Shown: positions 28,142 through 40,379 of the stretch, one piece after another
Position numbering within the stretch: position 1 is the stretch's first letter
How the letters are laid out: every line of letters starts with the position of its first letter
Source of the DNA: Octopus sinensis
Lineage: Eukaryota
Direction: 5' to 3'
Assembly (NCBI RefSeq): GCF_006345805.1
Contig: NC_043008.1
Coordinates: forward strand, 28,830,001-28,894,000
DNA: 64,000 nucleotides
Position numbers and translations under genes: made by a program
Notes under the pieces: model-generated
Told to the model about the DNA's origin: nothing
Database searches by the model: none
The model's input: the letters and a program-made list of their open reading frames with translations, nothing else

Positions 28142-29261
28142 GTGAAAGTATGTGTGTGCACACGTGTGTATATGTGCATGTAGATGTAAGTCACGAATTC
28201 TATACGCATAAATATATTTTAGAAAATCTAAACATGCTATGGTAATTGACATGGCTCCAAAGACAATCGCTTTGGGAAATTTTGCTTAATTGCTTAATTG
28301 CTAGCAATAATCTCGGCTGTTAATTTCCAACAATGCTGACCTCCTAAGATGTAATTACATGAATTCTGCAAAGCATTTTATCTTCGGCTTCAAATACATT
28401 CTCACAAAAAAGGTTGAAACGACAAGTTTTTGTTGATATAGTTACATCATTTACTTGTGTTTTCTTAGGATGTCATATTCTCTGAGATCTACTGTGCCTT
28501 TATTTAGAAGTAGAAATTGAAATTTTAGATCACAAAATCGCAATTTCAATAACGGGAATAACATGTATTTTTATTTTACATGTTGCTCCAGAATTGTAAC
28601 TTAACAGCGTTGAGAATTCTTACTGGCCGTTCATTACTGCATCTTTCGCATGGGAACATAATAATTGTAGCATTAAATACAGGGGTCTAGTTGAATCTAA
28701 AAACACCATTATCGAATTTACAAGTGTCTATTGTAACGTTTTTCACATAGGAAAATTTCTACCGCTAAAATGAAACGATACTTGATTGTGAAATGAGAAC
28801 ATATATATATTAAGAAGCCAATGGAATTTAAATATAATTATAAGTGGTGGCCAGGGAAATTATAATAATTTTTTTTAATATGTGATGCATCAAGTTATCT
28901 TTTATCGTTTTCGCAGTCAAATATTTTGATGAATTACTTTTATTTATTGCAAGTTGATATTAAGGGCAGTAAAATTGGAATTTAGAATTCCAAAAAGTAC
29001 AACTTTGCTGCATCGTTTATAGTATTGCAGACTTGTTTAAAACAGAATTTCGATGGAGATAATAAAAAACATTTTCATGAAAGTGGTTTAAAGCAGCATT
29101 CTGATGAATCTTAGATCGAAAGTAATTTAATAGAACCTCGACTAAGTAGTAAACAGAATCAATACGTTGAATGTCATTTGCATTTTCGATACATTGCAGG
29201 ATCTACACATATTACAAATTGTTTAGATCTCCCTCATTGACTCTGATACGTGGAAGCGAAT

Positions 29262-29395
29262 GAGCGTAGCCTAGTGATTAAGGTTGTGCAATTATGATAC
29301 CGAGATCATGGTTTCGATTCCCAGATCGTATTATGTTCTTGTGCAAATTATATCATTTCACATTGATCCATCCACTTGGCTATAAATAGGTAGCC
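29262..29395 (+). mobile_element. SINE head fragment (family C/D-like)
   Basis: GCGTAGCCTAGTGATTAAGG...GGTTTCGATTCCCAGA (A/B-box-like) followed by a CORE-like remnant. Confidence 0.5.
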
Positions 29396-29704
29396 TTTTG
29401 AAATATTGACGTACATGCGTGAAGGGGCGATACAAGATATCACCCAAAGTGAGGCTTTGCAAGTGACGTTTTGCAAAACCGTAGTATGAATCCCGACTGG
29501 TTCAGGTTGGTTATTCAGCCAGGTCGAAAGATGATGTTGAAGAAATTTAGCAGTAATAATATAAGTAATACGTTGTAAATATTTATCAATGGACAGTTAA
29601 AAAGCAAAACCAAAAATTAAGATGTGACAACTTAATATTGCCGAAAGAAACGTCTTTCTTTCAATATGTAGCATATAAATCAAAATTACATTATCTCAAT
29701 ATTT

Positions 29705-29705
29705 T

Positions 29706-29738
<33 letters not shown>

Positions 29739-29812
29739 TTACTACAACTACTACTGCTACTGCTGCTGCTGCTGCTACTGCTGTTGTTACTGCTGCTGCT
29801 GCCCTACTACTC
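29705..29812. repeat. Compound (CTA)n-(CTG)n microsatellite
   Basis: Direct reading; gives the poly-Y/poly-C ORF artefact. Confidence 0.9.
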
Positions 29813-31949
29813 ATGCTGCTGCTATTTCTAATACTAATTTTTTGTTATGCCTTCGAAGTTCAAATTCGTGTGAGATCGAAATTACTCTTCCTCCTATTGG
29901 TGTCGATAACTTAGAATATCTGAATAGCACTGCTATCGACATAATCAACATACTGCCTTCTCTAAATGTTGCTGGTCTTTGCTAAAATCTGAACGGCATT
30001 TTTATCATTATTAATTCTAGATTTCATATATTTTAATGGTTGAGTTCTGGTCTATTTTTTCTAAAATATTTTATTTCACTGGACGTATTAGTTTCAGCCA
30101 AATTGATATACTGGTGAATTACCCAGCAATTCACTCATAAGATATATATATACGTACTTACAATATATCCACTAATAACACTAATGGTAGCAATAACGCT
30201 AATAGCACTAGTAACACACATAAGGCAAAGGGGAGCTACTTGTTCTTGCAATATCAATTGCCGAAGATTTAATGTTGCATGTAAGTGTATAGTCATTAAA
30301 GAAAAAAATGCAATCTGGATATAAATTGATGTAACCGTAAATGTTAACCACTGATACTTAAACCACTGATCTGGCAGACGTAACTACCTAACCCCAAGTA
30401 TAAACAAGAGAAAAACAACATATCACATGATATTACTTGGTCCATCATCGATACAGGTCTTTCATATCATGGTGAAAATACTTCGTGCTGTTTATACTTA
30501 AACGAATCTTATTACATAATCCTGCTATCATTAAATTTGCAGAAAGATAAATTCAAAACGTATGTCCAAAGAATCTTTAAAATGTTCTGATTTTATCCCA
30601 AATCTATATGATGCTCACCACAATACAATAGATGTACTGCATAGATGTAGGTGAGTTATTTGGTTTGTATTTAAACTTAACACACTTCTATATATGCATC
30701 ATCTACTTAACCTTCTGTATTCGTATTCTATATCTTTATTCACTTCCCCTATCCGAAATATACTACTTATTTGAACTCGATATGCGTCCACGTTGCATAA
30801 TTCGCAATTTGTGCATCCATTCTAATTATTAGTAACATTTTAATCATTTAAACAAATATCAATCTCGCGAATACTTAATATATTTTATAGCAATTTTAGA
30901 TATTCTGTACAAATGCACAGTCTTTAGGATCTGCACATTTTCACGACTTTGTTACTTTGCTACAATTCGAATATTATTTCCTTATTGATAAAATTACTGT
31001 GTCAATATACTATTTTTCATTAACTTGTTTCTGACCTTATATTGTTTTACTTCTCAACCGTTCAACATTTCCCCCTAAATTTAGCATAACCACGTCTCTC
31101 CCTAAATGATGGCACTTACGATATCAAACTAATAATGCTAGTGGCTATTCATAATTGTGTATGTCACCGTCACTTCCACACCTCCGGTGGCTGTCTGCTT
31201 GAATGATAATTCTAATATACTTTCCCATGTAACTGTCGCCATTCTACGCCCAGTCTTCTTCACACTTTAGCAGTTACCTAGCTCCTGCTCTACACATATA
31301 TATTACTCTAATTCTAGAAATCTGTATATCTATCATTCGACATGCATGTTAATTTTTATCTATTTCCATACCATCATGGCCTGGTTTTCTTTGTCACTTG
31401 TCGTTTCCTCTATGCCCCAATTGTCGTTTCCTCTATGCCTACCTTTTCTACCACATTCTATTTCCGATGATGGAATTGTTTGCTACAGAACCTCTCTACT
31501 CTGGATCTACCAAAATTGCTCAACAATGATGGTATAAATCGCTATTATATGAATATCTTCTGTTCCTTTACATGGAGATATACCATCGGCGCTTTTATTC
31601 TTGAAACAACTGTAAGAATCAGCACAACTGCTGAGTACCCTTTTTATTAGGACATATATTTATATTCTTGTAGCAATCTGAGCAACACTTTCAAAATGAT
31701 AAATGCCATAATTCAATATGGCAATTGTTTTATGTTTTTTTTTATCTTCATTCTAACATACTTCTCAACTAGTAAACTGTCTAGAAACCATCATTGTTAG
31801 ACAGCATCAAACTCAATATTACATGAATTCAAATATGAATATATGTGCAGCATGTTCGAGCTAAATTTGAAATTTGCATAATAGGAAGGATAACGTAATA
31901 TCTCTTTTAAAAAAATGAATGCATTCAAATTTTCACAAAATATCAACTA

Positions 31950-32400
31950 GATTATGGATGAGAAATACCAGTAAAATAACGAAGCTCTGCTTCCCCCACA
32001 GCGTAAAGATTTCTCCAAATTGTGAAGCATGTTCTAAACAATACGTCCCTGGTAAGATCTTCGGATACCTCCTTCGTTTTGGTCACCAGCTCGGCTTTGT
32101 TTTTGCTGGCAGAGTAGTATGATAATGCAATTGAAAGACGTTGGAGGCCAGAAATTGCAACCGGTAAAGTAGTTGTTCTCCGACAACAAATTCTGAATCT
32201 TCCCGAAGACAAATCTTGCTGTCATATATACGATCTTTCAGCAGCAATCTTCTACAGGCAGCATTTCGCCACAGCCTCCAGCGGCTTAATATAGCTGTGT
32301 AAATTGGGCCTAATGCCCTATTCCTCGGGTCTTGGAAGAACATGAAATGCAGAGTATGGACGCAGTCAGAACACCTTTCTGCTGGCCATGGCTGCATAGT
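31950..32400 (-). pseudogene. Tc1/mariner-superfamily transposase relic (DD37D/maT-like), C-terminal half
   Basis: Minus-strand pieces LRPNLHSYIKPLEAVAK...KIAAERSYI*QQD and GKIQNLLSENNYFT..NFWPPTS resemble RPYVWQQDSAP and FWPPNSPDLNP motifs. Confidence 0.55.
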
Positions 32401-33044
32401 CACAATTGTAGCTGTCGATGTTACGTTTTCAAGCATTTAAAGTGGCTACAGGGTATTGACTAGCAGTCACGTTGTGGGTATTTTGATATCCGCCGCGAAT
32501 CGTCATGACAGTCAAATTTTCAACACTTTTCATATGGCTTTCTCACCTACATGTCAACTAACATTTTCTGAAATACTACTCGTATCCTTATGATCTGCAA
32601 AATCGTTGACTGTTAATCAAGTCTTCAAGTTATTTTTTTAGAAAGGAGACATCAAATCATAAGATTTAACCTGAATACCCTGTACATATGTGTATAATGA
32701 TAGTTTAAACATTATATGATTACATATGCATAAGTATATATATATATAAAATGACACCTATTTATATGTAATTATGAATGTCAATTAAGCCAGAGAACAT
32801 GATAGCAAATTTATTATTAATGAGTGAATATAATACAATTGATTGCTATACTACCATATTAATATCAACATAAAATCATATATATGTGTGTGCGTGTGAG
32901 TGTGTGTGCATGTATGTGAATGTAGGTATCTGTGTGTATATATGTGCATGTATGTGTGCATATATGTGTGTATGTATGTGTGTGTATGTAAGTGTGTGTA
33001 GGTGTGTGTGCTAAAGAATTAAAAAGTATTGATATATATATCTC

Positions 33045-33350
33045 GAGGCACTCCTTCGGTTACAACGACGAAGCCTCCAGTTGATCCGATCAGCGGAAAA
33101 TCCTGCTCGTGGAATTAACAGGCAAGTGGCTGAGCACTCCACAGACACGTGTACACTTAACGTAGTTCTCGGGGAGATACAGCTGGCCCATTGAAATACA
33201 GGTACTACATAAACAGGAAGAAAGACTAGGAAAAAGTTCTGGTGAAACTGTACAGTAGGGTTCGCCAATAAACCCTGCCGTTCTGGGAATCGAAATCGCG
33301 ATCTTACGACCGCGAATCCATTGTCCTAACAACTGGGCTATTGTGCCTCA
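33045..33350. mobile_element. Composite of a SINE 3' fragment (+, 33045-33190) and a family D head (-, ~33190-33350)
   Basis: GCACTCCTTCGGTTACAACGACG...GAGCACTCCACAGACACGTGTAC on +; minus-strand GAGGCACAATAGCCCAGTTGTTAGG...TTTCGATTCCCAGA matches the 24145 head. Confidence 0.6.
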
Positions 33351-33354
33351 ACAT

Positions 33355-33406
<52 letters not shown>

Positions 33407-33467
33407 CTACAGACATTTTTCTCTCCTTGTTTCTCTCCTTGTTCCAGTCGCATGATAGATCGATAGC

Positions 33468-33506
<39 letters not shown>

Positions 33507-33563
33507 CGTAATGATATAAAAAAAACAAGGATGTATAGATATTAGACCATTTATAGTGAGAAG

Positions 33564-33615
33564 GTCTTACAGCTGTTTCTAGGATATCAATTAATTATAT
33601 CTCTTCATCGGTGAC
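33564..33615 (-). ncRNA. Minimal type I hammerhead-like motif (Penelope type), degenerate
   Basis: Minus strand: GTCA-CCGATGA-AGAGATATAATTAATTGATATCCTA-GAAA-CAGCTG-TA-AGAC; palindromic stem III ACAGCTGT, GTA cleavage triplet. Confidence 0.55.
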
Positions 33616-34228
33616 GGTGTGAGAGGAAAAATCAAGTCATAGTTAGTTTCGATGTGATACAAATAGAGAGTGATGTGGAGGAAAGAAAATAGATGTAAGA
33701 TATGTATGCGTATTGAATTCGTAAATCCGTTTTATAGGCATAATTCGTCTGTCTATAGCACTTATTCAGCATTACCTGACACATTTGGGTCTCAATGACA
33801 CCATTATCTCTTATAAACTCAACTTCTCGCTACATATATATATAATCAATAATAATAAAGGGTAAAATTAATTAATTAATTAATAATTTTACTAAGTAGT
33901 TCGGTATGTAAAACGAATCATTATCGATAAACTTATACAAACATTCTATAATTATGAGTATAATTATAATTATAATTAGGGTTCAGCAAAAATTTACTTC
34001 ACCATATAACAAAATTTAGAAATAGCAGTTAAAACTAGCTATTTCACTAACATAAGAAAATCTCCCAGACAGCAATACAATTGTTGAGTATTACTATCAG
34101 GGAGATTTTCTTATGGTAGTGAAAACAGTTTTAAATTTCGGTTTGTGCTGAAACAATTTTTTCCTGAGCCCTAATTATATTTATACTCATAATTATAGTA
34201 TTTATATACATATGTCTGTGTGTGTGTG

Positions 34229-34277
<49 letters not shown>

Positions 34278-34279
34278 TG

Positions 34280-34570
34280 AGACCTCCTTCAGTCATGTCT
34301 GACCATGGGACTGCAACTAAAACGTTACCCCACACGAGGCACAAGTCCGGGCAAGGTTATTTATTGTAGACCAGCAGTTTCTCATGCATACCAGCCTCCC
34401 CTCACCACGCCACCAGTGTAATCCAAGGGAAAGGCAAAGGCCGTCACAGCTAGGCACCTGTGACGTCGCAACTCATTACTAGAGCTGAGTGAACTAGAGC
34501 AACGTGAAATAAAGTTTGTTGCTCAAGAACAAAACCCGTTCGGGGATCCGAACTCACAACCTCACGATCT
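34280..34570 (-). mobile_element. SINE family C
   Basis: Reverse-complement homolog of 22084-22400 (GAGTTCGGATCCCCGAAC...CTTGAGCAACAAACTTTATTTCACGTTGCTCTAGTTCACTCAGCTC). Confidence 0.8.
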
Positions 34571-34768
34571 GTATATATATATATATACACAAATAAAGGG
34601 TGAAATATAATGAATTTAATAAAATCACTAAATTTCACCGAGTAGTGTCTCGGTATGGAAAAGGACCATATACGGTAAACATTTATATAATTATAACAAT
34701 AAGTGTTTTTTTGCAACAAGTTGCTTGGTATGTGGTTTAAGCAACTTGTTGCAAAAAACCCTTATTAT

Positions 34769-34813
<45 letters not shown>

Positions 34814-34946
34814 TGAGACCTCATGGGATTGCACAGTATAAGTTGACAGTATACATCCACTCTATCACCCCACCACCGTACCTATCTCTATGAGATATTT
34901 AGAAATTTAATATTTCTGATTTTGGTGATTAGTGAATAAATTTCAC

Positions 34947-35023
<77 letters not shown>

Positions 35024-35060
35024 TATATACATATATATATAAATATATAAATATATATAT

Positions 35061-35128
<68 letters not shown>

Positions 35129-35176
35129 TATTTACGAAGTCTAGACAGATATCTTCAGCTAGCAGGCCTCTGCTAC

Positions 35177-35223
35177 TCTAGACCGATGATGGGCAAAGAC
35201 CCTGAAACATGCGTGTCTCTAGA
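35177..35223 (+). ncRNA. Minimal type I hammerhead ribozyme candidate (best preserved in the window)
   Basis: TCTAGA-CCGATGA-TGGGCAAAGACCCT-GAAA-CATGCGTG-TC-TCTAGA: 6 bp stem I, GGG/CCC stem II, near-palindromic stem III, GTC cleavage triplet (predicted cut after 35217). Core has C instead of U4. Confidence 0.65.
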
Positions 35224-35503
35224 TGCAGGCCTAGCTGTTGGGGGTATTTGTCTCCCCTTCGTAAATACATAAGGACACAGGAAATGTGTCAAAAACAACA
35301 GAAAGCGTCGATGCTTCCTAGGGCTAAACAGCGGTGATGAAGTTCCCTTACAGGACTGTCACGTTAAGTTGACAGTATACAACCAATCTCTCTCTCTATA
35401 TATATACACACACACGCATACACACACGCGCACACACACACAGGCACACACTCACACACATATATATATATAGTATATATATATATATATATATATATAG
35501 TAT

Positions 35504-35552
<49 letters not shown>

Positions 35553-36496
35553 ACCTAAGCAAAGTATATAAACTTTCTGAAGGGCAGTTGTGTGTGTATC
35601 CGTACCTGTTGAATTTATGTGGACTTTCATACATTATTACAACTAGTAAACGCTTGCTTATATTAATAAAATACAAATGTCACTTGAATGTTGTAATTTG
35701 TGGGCACTCTTATTTGGTACAAGTCTATTGGTGCATTATATGAACTGGGAGTAGCTGGTATCTTACCAGTTTGAAGTGAATTTGATAGAGTTTATATTAA
35801 CATAAGTCTTCTCACACAGAAACAGTTAATCACATATGGTGTTGCAGATGCAATGAGATATGCTTTAATGCACTTATCTATATGTGCATTGGTCTCTTTT
35901 ATCCTGTATTCTTAGTAGTAAATTAAAGAAAGTAATATAAGTGTGAATTTGATTCCCTATGTTGTGTAATGTTATGTCACGTTGTTGTGGAGGATACGCA
36001 TGTAATTCTATGTAAATTTGGTGTACACTAGATAGACATAGAGACAGATACACCTCGAAAGCTAACTCAGGCAAATATTCGAATGAATAGAGAGAAAACT
36101 GACTCGGAAAAAAAAAGCAGTAAGTGATAAATTAGATATATTGGGTTGCAAGAGCTAAATGTCAGAATAATTAAGGAGTATTCTGTTAAAATATATCAAC
36201 GAATGTGAGCAGGTATATGCTTACTGGTATGTCAGTGATTCTTTACATATGAATGATTATGTATATATGTTTGTGTCAGTAGGTGTGCATAGCGCTCGTG
36301 TGTGTGCGTTGGGGTGTATGATGTATTATATGGCAAGTGTTTATGATTTGGTGCAAATAAATAATAATTTAGCTGCTAAAGTTGTAAGCTCTTCTGTTTA
36401 TATATCTACCTATCTATCTCTCTATATACATTTCTATATATATAATATATATATATAATATATATATTATATAAATATATATAATATATATATATA

Positions 36497-36587
<91 letters not shown>

Positions 36588-36588
<1 letters not shown>

Positions 36589-36754
36589 AGGGGAAGGTCG
36601 GTTTATGGTATTACTTTAGGTTTCCAGGCCATAAAGGATTTATCTTTATGGCGTGGAGTCATACGCCAACAGGATTTTGGGATCTGACGATACGCTAAAC
36701 CAACCCTTTATGGACAAGAAACCTAAGGCGATCCCATAAACCACCCTTCGCCTT
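36588..36754. mobile_element. Inverted-arm unit (~50 bp arms) with a hammerhead-like motif, at the edge of (TA)n
   Basis: Arms 36588-36637 / 36705-36754. Plus strand TGGGAT-CTGACGA(36684)...GAAA-CCTAAGG-CG-ATCCCA; left arm minus strand GAAA-CCTAAAG-TA-ATACCA. Confidence 0.55.
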
Positions 36755-36820
36755 TTTTTAATATATACTGCTTTATATCTTAGAGTCTGCTTCTTCTTTG
36801 GGATTTATGATTTCTACAAA

Positions 36821-36867
<47 letters not shown>

Positions 36868-39685
36868 TACATACATACATACTACATACATACATACAAC
36901 ATACATACAAACATACATACATACATACATACATACTAGTATATATATATATTTATACAAAAATACACAGATACACAAAAAGGATATGCTCAAACGCGCG
37001 CTCATACACACAAAGAGACATACACACGCACAAACACATGGACATACACTCACAAAAACACGCATACACACACACGGGCAAACACACACACACACATATA
37101 TATAACAGTCAGTGAGGAATGTACGTAGGCTCACATGAACAAAGGCATTGCGATTTTCAGTTACTTTAAGCGAGATATTTAATTAGTGAATGTACATAAC
37201 ATCACAACAGGCAGTCTGCATTCTGTTTCTATGCCTATGAGGATAAATAAAATAAGAAGAATTTCATTGAAACATACTAAATAATATCGCTCTTTTATTA
37301 GGCTAACAAATGGGAATGTGTTTTTCTCATTTCAAATAGAGTTGCAAACCATTTTACACTTTCATATAACGTTGACGACGGAAAGTAAACCGAAGAAAGA
37401 CTAAATCATTAACTTCAGTTAACGTTAATTAAAGTTCTCATTACTGATACACGGAACAATGAATTTTTCAACTTCACTTATCTGAAATTTCTTAAAATCG
37501 GAGACAGTGGGGCATATCTCGGTTATTTGGTTCTTCAGTAGATAATCGATTAAGGTTTAATATTTATTTTAACACTTTTGTTTATATTGAATTCTTTTAT
37601 ATACTTTCTTTTTTCATTTTCTAATTTACGTCACCAGATGTGTAAATCACAATCGTTAATTAAAACAAGGTCTTAGGGAATCATTCTTCGAATGATAATC
37701 TCAGATAATGGTGATGTGCTAGAAAACAATTATTCGTTTTGCTGCAGGAATCGGATAATCGTCACCAAATCGCTATCTTTCCAGTCAGTAAATAAACGGA
37801 GACAAGCGCAGTGTTCCCCTTTTCTCGCGACTGTGAGGATTTATCTAAAGGATTAGAATACATAATGATTGCTCGGGAGATTATATGCTCCTGTGAGTAT
37901 ATTTATCAGTACGGTAGACGGCAAATTGAAAATTCTAAATTGTGATGGACAATAGTAATTGTGCAGCTAAAGAGAAATGTAAGCAGATTTAAAGTGCAAA
38001 TACTTAGTGGGGTGGATGGGACGGTACAATACATTCAACGATAATGCGTTAACGTACTTAAATCAAATTACAAAGGCTAATATGAGATTATCAAATTAAT
38101 TACTGTGAGATTAAACTTATATCTATGAATAAGAGTAGAGAAATTACAGAGCATACATTTGTGTCATACAAGTGTTAGGTAATAATGCTGGATATTTTTC
38201 GAGAGGAATGTTTAAACATATATTGTTGTATTTCAGGATATTGCGTGTGTTTATTTGGCGGATGAAAATTACCATCCCTAAATACAACAATACTTGTTTG
38301 AACATACGATTTCATGTTGGGAGTGTTGCAAAACGAATTGATAAACGTAATGTTTAAACATACATTCACATATGTACACAGACAGACAGACACTCCACAC
38401 ACACAAACACACATATATGAATGTTTGTATGTGTTTGTGTGAACATGAATAATATTTTATATACTAGTATGTACTATAGGTAACATCCATTTATGTGAAG
38501 TAGATACTTCCTCAAATAAGAACCATATATTGTACGATAAAATTTCATTGGCGATGTCTATATAAGGTGTAACAACACAGAATAGTAAAATAAATGCAAA
38601 AAATAAGTTCAAATTCAGCATGTTCGGAGGAGGGGATAATTCGATTACATCTTCCCCAGTTTTTATCTAGTACATATTTTATCGGCTCCGAAACGATGAT
38701 CTACACATTCAATTACAGAGACTATAGATTGTGCGGATAAAAAGGTATCCTGGTAGTTATAGGTGCATTAGGAACCATTCCTACATATTTGAATTGATGG
38801 ATAGAGGAAATGCGCATAAACCCAGTTTAGTACAGCTCCAGAAAACATTGTTATTAGAGACATTTAAGGTACTTAGGAGGGTTCTTGGCATCTAAGGTTA
38901 CTTGTTTTAGCCTCAAGTTTGGAACATTTTCTTTTCTAGCAGTTCGATTTGTTGTGAGTATATGAAATAATAATAATGATATTAATAATGATGATGATGA
39001 TGACGTGTTGATTGAGGTTGCTACGGTTTTATCTGTTGGTCCCAGTCACATCAAGAGTGCAGAAATAGCAGTCAATACCATGGTTTGTCGGCTCCCTCCA
39101 AACCATGGGAATTCCAATCTTCAGACAACTTGTCTCGCCCTTAGTCTACGACGCAGATTCTCGGTGTATGTTTTGCTGATCATATGTGGCGTTCAAGCTG
39201 TATCCTGATCACCAAGTTTAATGCCAAAATAAGCAAGGTAAGCACGTTGCATGAAATTTGTGACAGTATTTCTGTTAGGAACAATGGTGTATTCACCGCA
39301 GATGTAGCAGAATATGTTGGGCTTACGTTTGCAAGATCCACTGGTCGAAGCTATTACATTCATCTGTAAAATAAAAATGCCAATTAGTTATCAATAGGTG
39401 CATACAAACTCTTCTGAGTTCGTTTATTTCAAGAAAAACATTTCGCATCATATAATGTAAAAATACCCCTACATCTATACAAAAACGTTAAAAATATCAT
39501 GTGGCCATAGTTCAAAAACTGGCCTGATTGAGCAAAACTAATGTGATTTTTGGATTTTGCATATCAGAAGTGTCCTAAATCAGCTAAAAAGATTTAGAAA
39601 ATAATCTTGTTGCTGACAAGTGTAATCCTTTCTACTGAAGACACAAATACGTGTGATTTTTTTTTTGGGGGGGGGGGGAGAATAC

Positions 39686-39772
39686 TAGTCGATTACATCA
39701 ACCCCAGTGTTTCACTGGTACTTAGGTTATCGACCCTGAAAGGATGAAAGGCAATGTCGACATCGGCGGAAT
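39686..39772 (-). mobile_element. SINE family B fragment (another at ~38618-38700)
   Basis: GTCGATTACATCAACCCCAGTG...ATCGACCCTGAAAGGATGAAAGGCAATGTCGACATCGGCGGAATT matches 42900-42985. Confidence 0.7.
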
Positions 39773-39799
39773 TAAATGATAATAATGGTAAAACTATCA

Positions 39800-40212
39800 T
39801 TAATGATTTCCCAATCCTAACAGATCAAATGCTAGAGTATGTTAGTGGTGGTCGACATGATGCACCACATGTGCTATGTAGTTGATATTGTGTGCCCCTT
39901 TGTCCAACGAATAGTCAAGAAGGAAGTCGAAAAATTGAAAAATATAATCCTTCTAAGTACGAAAAAGCCAGTTTATGGAAACTGAAGAAGCTGAAGATAG
40001 TACCATTTATTGTTGAGTCGTTGAGGAATATCAGACGGCATCAAAAAAGAATATCAATGAAATCGGAACAGAGTGACCAGTGGAAGTGTTGTAAAAGTTT
40101 TGCTTCCTTCGCACGGCCAGAATAAAAACAGGAAAATATTAGTCAGTACCGTAGGATGCAGGCAGCAAGTCCGATACGCATGCAGGACCTCAAAAGTTCC
40201 AACAAAACCTGA
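39800..40212 (+). mobile_element. 5'-truncated, decayed R4/Dong-type retrotransposon 3' end (fragment A), followed by TAA-type repeats
   Basis: DFPILTDQ..., KIEKYNPSKYEKASLWKLKKLKIVPFIVESL resembles the RLE C-terminus (EKxxKYxDL..LW..KVVPxIVGALG); TAA-rich tract at 40213-40350. Confidence 0.6.
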
Positions 40213-40379
40213 AATAAATAAATAATAATAATAATAATAATAATAAAATAATAATAATAACAACAATAATAATAATAATGATAATAATGATAATAATAAT
40301 ATTATTAGTAATAAAAATAATAATAATAGCAATAATGATGATGATGATGATGTGTGCAAATACGAAAGCAGCAAAAGTC

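Noticed and set aside
39145-39237. Possible 93 bp exon (ttag|...AAG|gtaagc; STTQILGVCFADHMWRSSCILITKFNAKISK)
   Set aside because: Good splice-like signals but no recognisable protein and no partner exons; needs RNA-seq.
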